From: Eukaryota sp. TZLM1-RC
Lineage: Eukaryota; Protista; Metamonada: BaSk clade
Assembly (NCBI GenBank): GCA_040285825.1
Contig: JAUPSS010000002.1
Coordinates: forward strand, 620,001-684,000
Reading direction: 5' to 3'
Length of the DNA stretch: 64,000 bases
Part shown: positions 52,570-64,000 of the stretch, piece by piece
How positions within the stretch are numbered: the first letter of the stretch is position 1
Layout of the letters: every line of letters begins with the position of its first letter
Translations under genes and position numbers: made by a program
The notes under the pieces: generated by a model
Seen by the model: the letters and a program-made list of their open reading frames with translations, nothing else
Told to the model about the DNA's origin: nothing
The model's database searches: none

Positions 52570-53260
52570 GACTATCAGTAGAAACAGGAAATTTTTTGAA
52601 TGATTTCCAAAAAATGGTTCAAGAAAACAATGATTCATTTATACCAATGGCTCAATCAAAAAAAAGGAACCCCTTATTGGTTTCCGAAAAGGCCAAAATT
52701 GACAAATATATTGCAAAATTGCTATCCTTGAATGCAAAATCGTATACTCATTATGTCCTCTGTCCATTTGCAGTTTCCCTTCATGGCTCGCTTGGACCTC
52801 TTGCTTTATCTTTCTTGGATGATTTTGTTGAATTTGTGAAACAACGTACTGGAAGAGTTTTTGGCAAAACAGAATTGTATTTTCAATTTTCAAAGGTGTT
52901 GTTCCCTTATTATCTTCAGCTTTGTTATCTCTTGGACGCTTTTATGAAAGAAAAACTTCCAGTCAATTCTTCTTGGCTGATTTGGGTTATGAAGATATAG
53001 AATTTTAACTTTGTCGTATAGTTTTTTATCGAAATCAATCATATATTTAAAAAAAGGAAAAAATGAAGAGGTTTGATGTCTTTTTGTGACGGTCACAGTA
53101 TCAACTTTCTATAATAATCAGATGACCTCGGTTCTTCCATCGAATAAGAGAAGCAATGGCGAGAAAACCAGCAGATAAGGATTTTGTAGAGGATATCTTG
53201 GTTCATTGTAGTCCCATTAGTTCTGAGCTTATTTTACTAAATGTTGTAGTTCAATAATAT
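52570..53260 (+). mobile_element. Mosaic of CRE-like 3' fragments
   Basis: FLNDFQKMVQE and the family A-like terminus (53130-53260) flank another family's CPFAVSLHGSLG segment. Confidence 0.6.
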
Positions 53261-53504
53261 ATTAGAGACTGTTAGTATTTGATGGTTATAACAGAGTTTG
53301 TCAGTAATTAGATATGATTTTGTACCTAGACCATGGAATCAGAACATGGTGGATAAGGAGACACGTGATGTGGCCAACTATGTTATGTGCATATGGTCAC
53401 CAACATGATGTTACACTAAAAATCTGTTTTGCTTGATTGATTTCATACAAATTTCGGTAATCTTAAGAGGTTACTTCCTTCTGACATCTCTGTGCGTTTA
53501 GACG

Positions 53505-54902
53505 ATGTCTAATGAAGAACAATTTCAGCAACTCGTAGCTTCTTTCGAGAAAGTTCATGGTAAACAGGACGATGTGGCCCCTCTTGGTAATGGTGTTCAA
53601 GAAACTACCTCTGCTTCCGATGACCTCTATTCTGCAGATATTTCTTTTGAACAGCTTGGTGTTGACAGTGACATTTGCAAGGCCATATCAGGGGACTTGA
53701 GATTTGTAGCACCTTCACAAGTACAAGCACAATCCATCCCTAAAGTTCTGTCTGATCCTCCAAGAAACTGCATTGTTCAATCACAAAGTGGCACTGGCAA
53801 GACCCTTGCTTTTGCTCTTGGTTCACTGTGTAGAATCGACCGATCTAAGCTTGTTCCACAAGTAATTGTACTCTGTGGAACCAGAGAACTTGCTAGACAA
53901 GTAGCTACTCTTTTCTACACTCTCGTAAAGCACACCGATCCCGTTGTCAAAGTTGCTACTGTTCTCAAGGGTGGGGGTGGTGCCCCTGTCTCTACATCCA
54001 ATCCTCACTATGCAGCCCTTCCTTCCGAAGCTCACATTGTGGTAGGAACTGCTGGTTCCATTCTTGCATCAATTGGACGCAAGCAGCTAGATCCTTCGAA
54101 CCTCAAGGTATTGGTACTGGATGAAGCTGATGAATTACTGAAAGGACAAGGAGCTGAGAGTCATGTCATGTCTATTCTCCGTCAACTTCCTCCTGACTCT
54201 GAATGTCAACGGCTTTTGTTCTCTGCAACTTTTCCTGCTGAACAACGGAAGTTTATCATTGAGAACTTTCCCCGCCCTCAGTTGATTATGAAATCTGAAC
54301 AAGAACTTCCCTTGAGTTGTATTTTAAATGTTGCTCTGAATGTCAATTCCCCTGAAGACAGGGAAGCTCTGTTCAGACACTTGATGTCAGAGTACAGTAG
54401 CCTTGGTCAAACAATAGTCTTTCTCAATAGAAGAGATGAAGCAAAAAGACTCCATACTGCCCTTTCTGAAATTGGCTTTGGTGCTGAATTATTAACTGGA
54501 GATTTACAACCAGAAGAACGAGACCAAATCTTTGATAGTTTTGAAAATAACAAAATTCAGGTTTTAATTGCCACTCATGTATTGCACAGAGGTGTTGATG
54601 TTCGTCATGTTGTTTTTGTCTTCAACTATGATCTCCCCTTTGACAGGGACGGATCTCTGAATATGGCTTCTTATCTTCATCGGATTGGGAGAACAGGTCG
54701 TTTTGGAAGGAGGGGTATTGCTGTTAATTTTACATCTGGAGATTTGTCCAAGGAACCTTCAGAAACACATCAAGCTATTGATGCTATTAGACACCATTAC
54801 AAGATCCCCTTACCGTATGTTACTCTTGAACAGTTGAAGCAGCTTGTAGATAAAATTGATCAGGAAGAGGGTGGAGAAACACAAGTTTTATTGCAAAAAT
54901 AA
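53505..54902 (+). CDS. DBP5: DEAD-box helicase Dbp5/DDX19-like
   Basis: PPRNCIVQSQSGTGKT, DEAD, SAT, HRIGRTGRFGRRG. Confidence 0.85.
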   Translation: MSNEEQFQQLVASFEKVHGKQDDVAPLGNGVQETTSASDDLYSADISFEQLGVDSDICKAISGDLRFVAPSQVQAQSIPKVLSDPPRNCIVQSQSGTGKTLAFALGSLCRIDRSKLVPQVIVLCGTRELARQVATLFYTLVKHTDPVVKVATVLKGGGGAPVSTSNPHYAALPSEAHIVVGTAGSILASIGRKQLDPSNLKVLVLDEADELLKGQGAESHVMSILRQLPPDSECQRLLFSATFPAEQRKFIIENFPRPQLIMKSEQELPLSCILNVALNVNSPEDREALFRHLMSEYSSLGQTIVFLNRRDEAKRLHTALSEIGFGAELLTGDLQPEERDQIFDSFENNKIQVLIATHVLHRGVDVRHVVFVFNYDLPFDRDGSLNMASYLHRIGRTGRFGRRGIAVNFTSGDLSKEPSETHQAIDAIRHHYKIPLPYVTLEQLKQLVDKIDQEEGGETQVLLQK

Positions 54903-54952
54903 ACCTAATTAAGTCACTTTATTTCAATTACAATAATATTTTTTTGGTTATT

Positions 54953-57468
54953 CTACAATTTAGTTAATTCAGCTTTTTCCATCAAATCAAGTAAGTTTTG
55001 TTTCAAAGAACTCAACATTGACCTTAAACCAGAATTATCTAAAGAAGAGTATTTCAACATCGAGATACTTTGTGAAAGCTCATGTAATTTGGTCAAAATC
55101 GAAGCGTTTCCTGAACCATTAGTTAATAGACTTTTCCTTATTTTTTGAGATTCAATAAGCACGTCCTGAGGAAAACCAGCCAACTCTGCTGCTTGTATTC
55201 CATATCCATGTATTGAATTCGTATGTAAGGACCCATCAGTAAGCTTATATAAGGGCTTGAAAAAACCATCTACAGACTTTGACCCCATATGGCAACATTT
55301 AGCATGTGGATAATGTAGGGAAAGCTCAGAAAGTTGTGAAAAATGAGTGGTTAATATGGATTTGACTTGATTAACAATCAAATACTCAGATATTGACCAA
55401 GCTAATGACAAACCTTCAATGGTACTTGTTGCTCTACCAAGTTCATCTATTAGCATCAAAACCTTTTTCTGCCCAGAAGGTGAAAGTTCAGCTGTTGCTC
55501 TTATTCCATGTGCAATTTCTCTCATTTCCAATCCAAAAGTAGAATCTCCTACCTCAAAAGAATCATCAAACCCCAGTCGTACTATCAGTCTATTAAGTAG
55601 TGGAATAGAACAGAATGTGGCAGGAACATAGCAACCAATATGCGCTAGCAGAACAATCATTGCAATTTGACGTAACAAGGTAGTTTTCTGTGATGAATAT
55701 ATTTTTAAAGAAACCTAAACAAACCCCCGCCATGTTGATTCCTGTGATCAAAATAGTACTAATACTATCGCTCATAAAAAAATCATTTGCAACAAAATTA
55801 GACACCATTGACTCTAACAATGGATGTCTCCCAGCTTTGATAGCAATTGGGCCATCTACAGTCAACTCTGGTCTGGTGTATTCTCTTGCAGTTCCCTGAG
55901 ATGCAACAAAAGCAGCATAAGAACGAACAACATCAACCAGAGCAATACCATCTGAAAGTAATAACAATACTGATAATCTAGAGTTAATTTAGTCTAAGAT
56001 GAACATACAATGGTCTTATTTGATCCACTAATTCCAACAACACATTTGACATCATCAACATCACTTCCTCCAACGCCTCGTGGGATCTGGAATTTAGTGA
56101 TTCCAATTGAGTTAATGAGAAGTTCATTCGTTTTCCCTGTCGTTGGTTTTGAATAAACCCTTTTATGGTACCATGTTTAGGCAATTCTTCAACCAACACA
56201 CTCAAATAGTGGCCTTTTTTAGCAGAATAATGAAGTTTTAGGCTAGTCAATACATAATCTTGCTTTATCGTATTCACTAAGTCCTGAATATCTTCAATGG
56301 TCTCTGAATATGTATGTCTTGCAACATCAAGCAAACAATCAATACCAGGTTTCACAGCAAAGGCTAAAACACTTTTAGCTGCTGACCCCTTTGCAAGAAA
56401 TACTTCATCGTCTAGAATTTCATCAATTCTGTCCCTTATCAGTTCAAGACTAGGATCAGCTAAAACTTCACAAATTGCCCCAAAAACAGAAACTTCTTTA
56501 ACTTGTATCAACAACTTATAAAGAGAAAAAGTATTTTTCAGTACAATCTTGGTCATTACCATTGTTTGAGCTATGTTTTTCAAAACTGTAGGTGTCCTCT
56601 TTGGTGGAGGATAAGAAGAATATTGTGATAGAATGAATTCGATATCAGGCACTTCTGCTAAAACATTTTCCAATTCAAAAAACACCTGTTCATTGGCCAA
56701 CAGAGCCTGGACTGCATCCAATCGAGATTCAATGGTAGCTAAATCAGAAGGAGGTTGAGCTAATGTCATTCTTAAAAGCCTTCTGCCCATGGATGTTTTT
56801 GTGTGGTCAAGTGCTTTGAATACACAGTGAGTGGATGATGATACAGACGATTGGAAAAGTTCTAGACTGGATGCCGAACTTGGATCAATCAAAAGACTGC
56901 CATCAGGAATTTTGACAGTCACCTTCAATGAGTTTGCCGAATATTCCACAGTTTGGATTTGTTGAACATAAGTAATAACCGCCGAGACTGCCGCAAGCAC
57001 TGCTCTATTCTTTGAGATTTCTGTAACTATAACAGCTCGATCCCGTTCAAAGCAAACTTTTTCAATGATGTCGAGACCATGTTTATCGGAAAAGTTCTTG
57101 CGCCCAGAGGATGCTATACTTGCTCCGAGAAAGGATTCTGTGATGAGGGAGTTAAGAGGAGTAGTCGATGGAACGGCCAGGACAATTTCAACTGGATCCC
57201 ACACCATGAGCATAGAAAGCGTAGAGAGATATGCAGATGTGTCTGTAAGAGTGCATAAATGTAAATTAGGACTTTTAAGATCGACTGCAGCAAGTCCAAT
57301 AGCTCTATTTTTTGACTCAAAGACTGCAACAACGTAACATGAAGAAGTTTCTCGACTAGTCCCAGTGTTGGCTGTTCGTTGACCAGTTGACAAAGTACGT
57401 GGGGTTTTCATGATTTGCGGTTTCAGTAGAGGTGTAGCCTCAATAGAAGTGTTGTAGCGAGGTTCCAT
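54953..57468 (-). CDS. MSH4: MutS homolog 4 (meiotic); introns 55978-56008 (31 nt) and 55688-55724 (37 nt)
   Basis: No mismatch-binding domain; GRHP, spliced Walker A GINMAG|KTT, STFGLEM, DELGRATS, TTH, YGI; FAVKPGIDCLLDVAR typical of MSH4. Confidence 0.88.
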
Positions 57469-57640
57469 TGCAGGGAAAATTGGACAATTCCCACTAAAAT
57501 TCACTTGTGGTTTTCGTTTTGTGATGCTTGACGAAAATATGCATTTCAAATGAAAACCACAGACTTCTCTGTCATATACTATTTGACACTCACTGCATCT
57601 GTCAGGACCATGCTTGCGTTTTCTCCGCCATGCACCAACT
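57469..57640 (-). pseudogene. Minimal TnpB/Fanzor-like tail plus hairpins abutting the MSH4 ATG
   Basis: HGPDRCSECQIVYDRE reading, then long hairpin 57506-57561 and a GGGAATT..AATTTTCCC stem, ending TGCA|ATG. Confidence 0.5.
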
Positions 57641-57799
57641 TGACTATGATAGATTTTAGAAAAAAGGGATCAAGAGATCTTTGATTTATTTATTAATTGA
57701 TTGCTTTGATATGAACCAATCACCTGGTCCCTTTAACATGTTTTGAATGAAACAACTAAATTGAATCCAACAGCAAATTCCACAAAAGTCCAAACTAAA

Positions 57800-60319
57800 C
57801 TAAAACCCCAACGACAGTTGTACTTCCTTTTCCCTTTTTTCACTGCCTCCATCTCTTTGAGAGGAACTTCTTTTCCTCCCGGAAACAGAGAGTGATTGGA
57901 AGTGTGGATCCTCATGTGAGCCAACTAAGAGGAAATCACCAGATTTGCCAGAAAAAGTACCAGAATTATGTCTGACTGATTTCCAGTTAACCCCCCTTCT
58001 TGGTGCTGACAAAACTTTCATCAATTCAACAGGAATTTCTGTTTGAGCTGATAATACATCAAAGAAATTGTCAATATGGGAACAATAAGCAAGAATCGAT
58101 GTCGAAACATTCTTAGATCCACTATCCATTTGACCAACAAATACGAAATTTAAAGGCTTTGTGCAAGGAATCGGAAGATTGACTATACTAATGTGACTAG
58201 TCTTTGCTAGTTTAGCACTTTTTAGAGATATTGTTGATTTTGGGTGAAGTAGTTGGTTAGGCCAATTGTTTTGGTTAAATGTCATCAACCTCACATCATC
58301 ATTTAAATCAAAACCAGCACCAATAATCAAATCAGCCAAATCACAAACCCTTTCATCTTTATTGACCTGAACAGCAAACAATGGGTCAAAAGTAACGTGA
58401 CCAAGATTGAAATCTGTTGTAAAAGGAAAGGAAAAGTTTCCATTATACTTTGAACCACCACGCCTTCCTTTACAGTTAATAGGTTTTAATAAACGTTGCC
58501 TACAGTGATCACAGATGCTACTGTTGACTAATGGACTGTTATTGGTAGATATTCCCAGCAAAGAACAGTGTACTTCATAATAACCAGTGTCAACAGCTTC
58601 ACCAACCTCCAAAAACAAAGTTCCACAATCTGATTCCACCATATCCTCACAGTCCAAAACGCGACCTGCAGAAACCCATTGAGTTGCAGACCTTAACCGT
58701 AAGGGGATAGAGTCTGGGATATGGAAAGTTTGTTTGAGTTTGGTTAGGGTTTGTGCTACAGTCAATTCTTGGGGCAAATCAAGAATAAAGTCCTGGTCAA
58801 ACCCTGGAATAGCTGAATTATCGAATGGTGCAATCAAAACAGAAGGTGATTGATGATTTGATTGGTTATCTTCAACTTCCACCACATCACCTTCCATTGA
58901 TTGACCTTCACTCTCCCAAAAATCTAACGGGGCAACTATAAAGAAAATTTCCTTATCAAGGGTAAATAAAAGAGAATCCATCAAGGAAGTGTAATCTCCA
59001 AGACAACTATAGGTTGCTCCTTGGCCTTCAGTTTGAACGACAGGTTCAGAGATTAGAAACAAGCACTGACCGTCTAAAATACTCAATCCAGAGAGAGAAA
59101 AAGCTTCAGTTATGGTAAATTGATTAGAAACCGAAACTTTCCTTCCAATAAAATCTGAAAAATGGAAAAATACCACATCTGTAAGTGAGTTAAACTCTTT
59201 TCTTTGAAAGTCAAGTTGCTGATTCTTTACGGTTATTAATTCCTTCAAATCGGAAGGTAGATCATAATCAAGAGGGGTTGATTGAACAGGATAAAATTCC
59301 ACACCATTGTAACTATTCCTTTCGAGATTTGCATAAAACAACATATAAGCACATTCAGTACCGGAGAAAAACTTTTTTAAATCAAATAACTTTTTTTCAA
59401 CATTACAATCATCAAAAGAGACAAAAACTTCTTCATTTATAATATAGCTCTTGTAATGGCCTCCATAAGCCCCACCTTCGTGCACAACAAACCCAAATAA
59501 GTGGTATTCCTCGTTGTTTATTATAAGATTGTTGGGAAATGAAACTTTCCTTGTTGATTTGCGTCTAATTTCTGAATTCCAATCAAAAGAAAATCTATTA
59601 AGAACAAATGAAAACATTTGTGGCAGTTTAGAAAAGGAAACCGACCTTGATGATGAGTTTGATTGATTACAACAGTCACAAACATACTCCTCAAGGAACT
59701 CAGGTGATGACATATGTTCGATCATTGATTCAAGGGAACTGGCAGTTGAAATAGAAAGAATTACTTCACAAAACTGTTCATAATTGACCTTTTGAGAACC
59801 GCACTGATCACAACAAATACTGTACTCAAATTCACCAGAAAAGAGATTTGACAGAGTTCGACCAACAGCCTGGTAATTTGGGGGAATGGTAGAACTGGAT
59901 GGGGATAGAGAATCAAAAAGAAGACGGAAAAACTCTTGGGAATCATGCTGAACAGTCAGGTCTTCCTCGCTCCATTTGAAGGCATTAAACAGGTTTTGGG
60001 GGTAAATAGACTGTGCATTGAGGCAGTGCATTTGAGCAAACAGTTCACGGAGAGCATTTATTACGGTGACGGATTGGTGTGAAGATTCAGAAGGTGATGG
60101 TAAATTGAGAAGTGAGTTTCGAAATGGTGTGATATGGTATAAAAGTTGGAGAGCAGCATTGACAAAACAAGATGCTCCAGAAGAGTCTAATCCACAAGAC
60201 ACCCCTTGTTGACGAGGTGGTGGAGGAGGTGGAGGCTTGGAGTTGCAAATTTGTATACTGTAGGCAAGTTCAGCATCTAAATCCCCTGTAAACAGAGCCC
60301 CAAGAAGGTTGTCAGTCAT
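57800..60319 (-). CDS. Ubiquitin-specific protease (C19; USP40/47-like)
   Basis: Cys box GLDSSGASCFVNAALQ, QHDSQEF, His box VVHEGGAYGGHY, FDD. Confidence 0.88.
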   Translation of the reverse strand: MTDNLLGALFTGDLDAELAYSIQICNSKPPPPPPPRQQGVSCGLDSSGASCFVNAALQLLYHITPFRNSLLNLPSPSESSHQSVTVINALRELFAQMHCLNAQSIYPQNLFNAFKWSEEDLTVQHDSQEFFRLLFDSLSPSSSTIPPNYQAVGRTLSNLFSGEFEYSICCDQCGSQKVNYEQFCEVILSISTASSLESMIEHMSSPEFLEEYVCDCCNQSNSSSRSVSFSKLPQMFSFVLNRFSFDWNSEIRRKSTRKVSFPNNLIINNEEYHLFGFVVHEGGAYGGHYKSYIINEEVFVSFDDCNVEKKLFDLKKFFSGTECAYMLFYANLERNSYNGVEFYPVQSTPLDYDLPSDLKELITVKNQQLDFQRKEFNSLTDVVFFHFSDFIGRKVSVSNQFTITEAFSLSGLSILDGQCLFLISEPVVQTEGQGATYSCLGDYTSLMDSLLFTLDKEIFFIVAPLDFWESEGQSMEGDVVEVEDNQSNHQSPSVLIAPFDNSAIPGFDQDFILDLPQELTVAQTLTKLKQTFHIPDSIPLRLRSATQWVSAGRVLDCEDMVESDCGTLFLEVGEAVDTGYYEVHCSLLGISTNNSPLVNSSICDHCRQRLLKPINCKGRRGGSKYNGNFSFPFTTDFNLGHVTFDPLFAVQVNKDERVCDLADLIIGAGFDLNDDVRLMTFNQNNWPNQLLHPKSTISLKSAKLAKTSHISIVNLPIPCTKPLNFVFVGQMDSGSKNVSTSILAYCSHIDNFFDVLSAQTEIPVELMKVLSAPRRGVNWKSVRHNSGTFSGKSGDFLLVGSHEDPHFQSLSVSGRKRSSSQRDGGSEKREKEVQLSLGF

Positions 60320-60552
60320 TTTTTATTTGTTGAGTATGGGACTGATTTTTTAGAAGTGGGGAATTCCCCATTACACGATCAATTTTCGTGTGGAATAATT
60401 ACAAAAACTATCTACTACACAAATACTGAGGCCTTTCATTACCACTCATTCTGGTTTCAGCAATTGCAAACATATTCAGACAAGCCAACTTATTTCTATT
60501 GAAAAGCTTTGTTGAGCCTTTGTTACTGAGTTTGCAACTCAAGAGATGATTG
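60320..60552 (-). pseudogene. Fanzor1 C-terminal tail plus 88-nt structured segment directly upstream of the USP ATG
   Basis: HLLSCK...LFNRNKLACLNMFAIA...GNERPQYLCSR* (stop 60408-60410); stems ACACGA/TCGTGT and palindrome TGGGGAATTCCCCA. Confidence 0.72.
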
Positions 60553-60879
60553 TTAACAAAAAGCAATTGGATAGTATTAGTATTAGTATTAGTATTATTG
60601 GATAGGATTAATCGTGCCTGAAAATGAAGAACAAAGGTTCGCCATATTACAATATCATCAAGGTAATGGTATCTATCGATATGGTTCAGTAGAAATTATA
60701 AATACTAGTGATAATAATAATACAAGAGAGATGTGTAAATTAGATTATGATGATGAAATGAAAACACCTGAAGAAGCTGTAGAAAAAAAGCTGATGATAA
60801 TCTTGTCAAAATAGAGTAAAGTGGAAGATTTTAATTTTCATCTGTTTGAAGCAATAACATTTTCATCTGAAAAAATAGC

Positions 60880-62300
60880 CTAAAATAATAATGATCCATT
60901 ATTCGAAAATGCAATTCTAGATGAAATTACTCAAATTTGGAAAAATAATAAAAATGGAATTTTTATTCCAAAAAGTTTCAGAAAACAGGCATTGTTATTA
61001 ATACAAGGTTTAGCCCAATCCGGTCACCTCAGCAAAAACAATAGTTTACACAAAGTATATAAAAGTGATGATTACTGGGCCAATATGAGAATAGACCTTA
61101 TAAACCATAGAATGGCTCCAGTAACAAGATCAAAAACACCTTTTACAAAATTTCTATGGACAGATCGTCCGTTTGCAGGATTGAACGTCGATAGAATTGG
61201 ACCTCTGAACACCGACCACGAAGAGAATAAATACCTATTGGTATTTTCAGACTCTTTTACTGGATACACAATTGTAGTCCCTCTAATTTGACTTTATGCT
61301 TTAGAAACCGCAGATGCTTTAGTTTGGAACATCTGCCCAATCTCTGGAATACATATGTTAATTCATAGCGATATTGGTCCTGAGTTTGCCAATGAGACTT
61401 TCAAAATAGTGTGTAACAGATTAGCTATTGAGATCATTAACTCAATACCCCATTGTTCAAAAAGTAATGTACTTTTGGAACGTAAACAGAGAGATGTTCA
61501 TCAATGCTATGAAACAAGACAACTATTAATAGTTTTTAATGATATGTACCTTTATCCTAACTATCAATAAACTCTACTACAACCAGATAAACTGGTATTA
61601 CACCATATGAACCTTTTATTGGTTCTTCGATTAGTCCAAGAATAGATCCTGCTAACATATTAGGAAACCTATTCAAATTCGAAACTTATCTACCTTTATT
61701 AGATGACATTAAATTTAAAAACAATCGGTTTTAAGAAAAAAAACAAGAAACAGAGCATCACCAAACATCAAATGCTCCGTCTTTAGTAGACAATACTAAT
61801 TCATGTTCTTTAGTGTTTTATATTGGCGACTACGTCTTACGTAAAACAAACCAAATTAATAAATTGCATGGATCTTGGAATGGACCATTCTTAGTGATTG
61901 ATATTCCCTCCAATTCCACTTTATTATTAAAAAATCTTTCCACTGACACCGAATTAAAGGCTGCTAAGAAAGAAAGATTTTAAAATATAAAATGCGGAAA
62001 ATCCACAGGATATCAATTTCTCAAAGCAATCGCTGTAGGCGATGCTGAGAAACCCGTTATAGTGAAATTTCTCGGAATATAACTCTGACTCTGGTAGTTT
62101 TTGTACTGTTCAATGGTTTGGCGGTGAGACAACAGAAGAGTCTCTCTTTCGGTTAAACATTCAGAAGCTTATAAGTTGTTTAGTAAGAATAACAAGAAAA
62201 TTGGTAAACGTACCGCTAGTCAACGCCAAGGTACCCCCAATGAGTCTACGCCTTCTAAACGGCCTAGACGTAGTAATAGAAGTAGGAAGCGAAGCTCATT
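60880..62300 (+). mobile_element. Ty3/gypsy integrase-chromodomain pseudogene
   Basis: GH..YW, RPF..LNVD.IGPL, YLLVFSDSFT, HSDIGPEF, SN...ER, TG.TPY, KLHGSWNGPF, CTVQWFGGET (related to 12894-13000). Confidence 0.8.
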
Positions 62301-62459
62301 CTTAGTATATTTGTTTAATTTTATCACCATTTTCTTATGGTTTAGTTTCGTATTTATATTAACTGATTTATTGTGAAAAAAGGCAGAAGCAGTTTTGGCA
62401 CCCTTTTATCTTGTATAAAATTAATTGACAATAAAACATCTTTATTCCAATTCTCCGAC

Positions 62460-62665
62460 TTAAGGCAACAGAAATGCTAATTCTTTACAAATGGTTTTCA
62501 CAATAGAGTTTGAAATGAGTAATCTTTTCATCAATGAAATACAACTATTGGCAACTATTCCACTTGCTGACACTTCAAAAGGAAATGATTCAACCGAAAA
62601 ATCTAAATTTGACAATAACAATTCAAGACTCTGGTATTTCATACGTTTTAAGGTATGTCTATTAT
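62460..62665 (-). mobile_element. HERO-like RLE 3' fragment (second copy of 9390-9585)
   Basis: About 200-bp near-identical repeat; KYQSL..FEVSASG. Confidence 0.7.
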
Positions 62666-62699
62666 CTTTATTTCGTTTTTTTTATTTATCCATTAAGGA

Positions 62700-64000
62700 A
62701 CATAAAATCATGAAATACACATCTGAAACTCCACATCTTCAAAATCTGCTTCTCCTACTTCAAAACAATTATTTACTAAAGATTCAGAAAAATTCCCAAA
62801 TGAAGAGAGTGAATCAGAAATCAATCTCACCATTCCCTTAAAACTAGAAAATACAATCCTGTTTTGCCAGCAAACACGATTGAAAATTCTTCCAGTTCTT
62901 TCCTTTACAACTACAACAAACTCCGCAAGGAAAGCCATAGCAGGTTTACCTAAAGATCCAAGCAAAGGAAAAACAAAGGGGCATAAATTAAATTGGGCAT
63001 GAGAATTTTCATTTACAAAGGAAATGGGTTTTGCGTGTTTAGCAATTTTATATTTTTCGTCAGCAAGAAGAGGATTATTTACATCTGAGTTGATGAAATG
63101 TTCGTTAGAAGAATTACAAGGGTCAATGGACATGGCGTCTAAAATGGTAAAACTACCATTTAAGCCTTGAACCACCAAATCACCTCTTGTCAGACTCATA
63201 GAAGTTCTGCTGGAGCGCATACTATCAATATTGGGGTCATCAAGAATTAATTTTGATAGCAAAGGCTCTAAAAAGGAATCTGCTCGATGTGATTTACACA
63301 TTACATAAATCTGGTCTCTGGCATTATTATGCACTTTACTTTTAAATGTAATTAAATGTTTACAGTTCAACAGATGAGTAAACAAAAGAAGTTTACCACA
63401 TTTAATTGTCAAATAATTGGGCAAAATGTGTGGCCATAGAAAACAACAAAAACGCATGTTTAAAAGCCACTCATTGTTTTTACACAAAAGTCCGTAAACA
63501 GAGGGAATTTTAGTTACTGAAGCAGCAGCAGAATAATCACGAATGTCCTTTCGAGAATTTCCGAAAGCGGGATTTTCAGTTTTGGCCAAGCCAAGTCTTA
63601 CCTCATAATCCAAGCTTTTATATAACTTAACCAGATGGTGCTGAAGCTTTTTCAGGCAAAAACGTAAATTTGGGAGTGATCGGATGGGAATTTCTTGAAC
63701 ATTCTGAGGAAAACACTGAATCCAGATATCACTGGGCAAATGGTCTAATTAAAATTGAAGATGATTTAAGTAAAAATTTGATTTACCATGGATGAGAAAA
63801 ACATCATAAGGAAACGTTTGGAAAAATTCAAAAACAAAATTTTTTTCCACCTCCAAAAAATGCTGCTTCACACAAAATCGAAGATTGGTGAAACCACGTC
63901 CACATAAATCAGTAGAACAAAATATATCACTTCGAATTAAAGAGTCATTTTCTCCTAATACAGAAGAAAAAAATTGACCAGAAGTTTGTTGAAAGATCAG
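62700..64000 (-). mobile_element. CRE-like family B element, 3' half (continues beyond the window)
   Basis: ORF 62708-63739 with CG..HLLNC, HNNARD, RGDLV..ILD..K..K RLE motifs. Confidence 0.85.

Noticed and set aside
53270-53504. PRPW..RD reading and an AAGAGGTTACTT motif upstream of DBP5
   Set aside because: Suggestive of a decayed Fanzor end but within chance expectation.

Overview
AT-rich eukaryotic (protist-type, possibly metamonad; inference) DNA. About 16 compact host genes with tiny 26-37 nt GT-AG introns (beta-tubulin, CCT8, divergent histone H3, MSH4, DBP5/DDX19, USP, mevalonate kinase, DJ-1, PepD, Pol alpha B-like, two CCHC paralogs and others) and two tRNAs sit among dense transposon debris: several RLE-type non-LTR retrotransposon families (CRE-like and HERO-like), Ty3/gypsy relics with short LTRs, and two Tc1/mariner-type MITEs. 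The main finding, mostly missed by the ORF track, is at least eight Fanzor (eukaryotic TnpB-like RNA-guided nuclease) relics from several families. Seven have their 3' end (RuvC/zinc-finger tail plus a structured omegaRNA-like segment) co-oriented with, and 0-90 nt upstream of, a host start codon. In three unrelated genes one homologous end sequence runs right up to AGA|ATG. This suggests Fanzor elements that target gene starts, whose guide would be the beginning of the host gene and whose right end now serves as the host promoter/5'UTR. All family assignments are by-eye motif recognition, not database searches.
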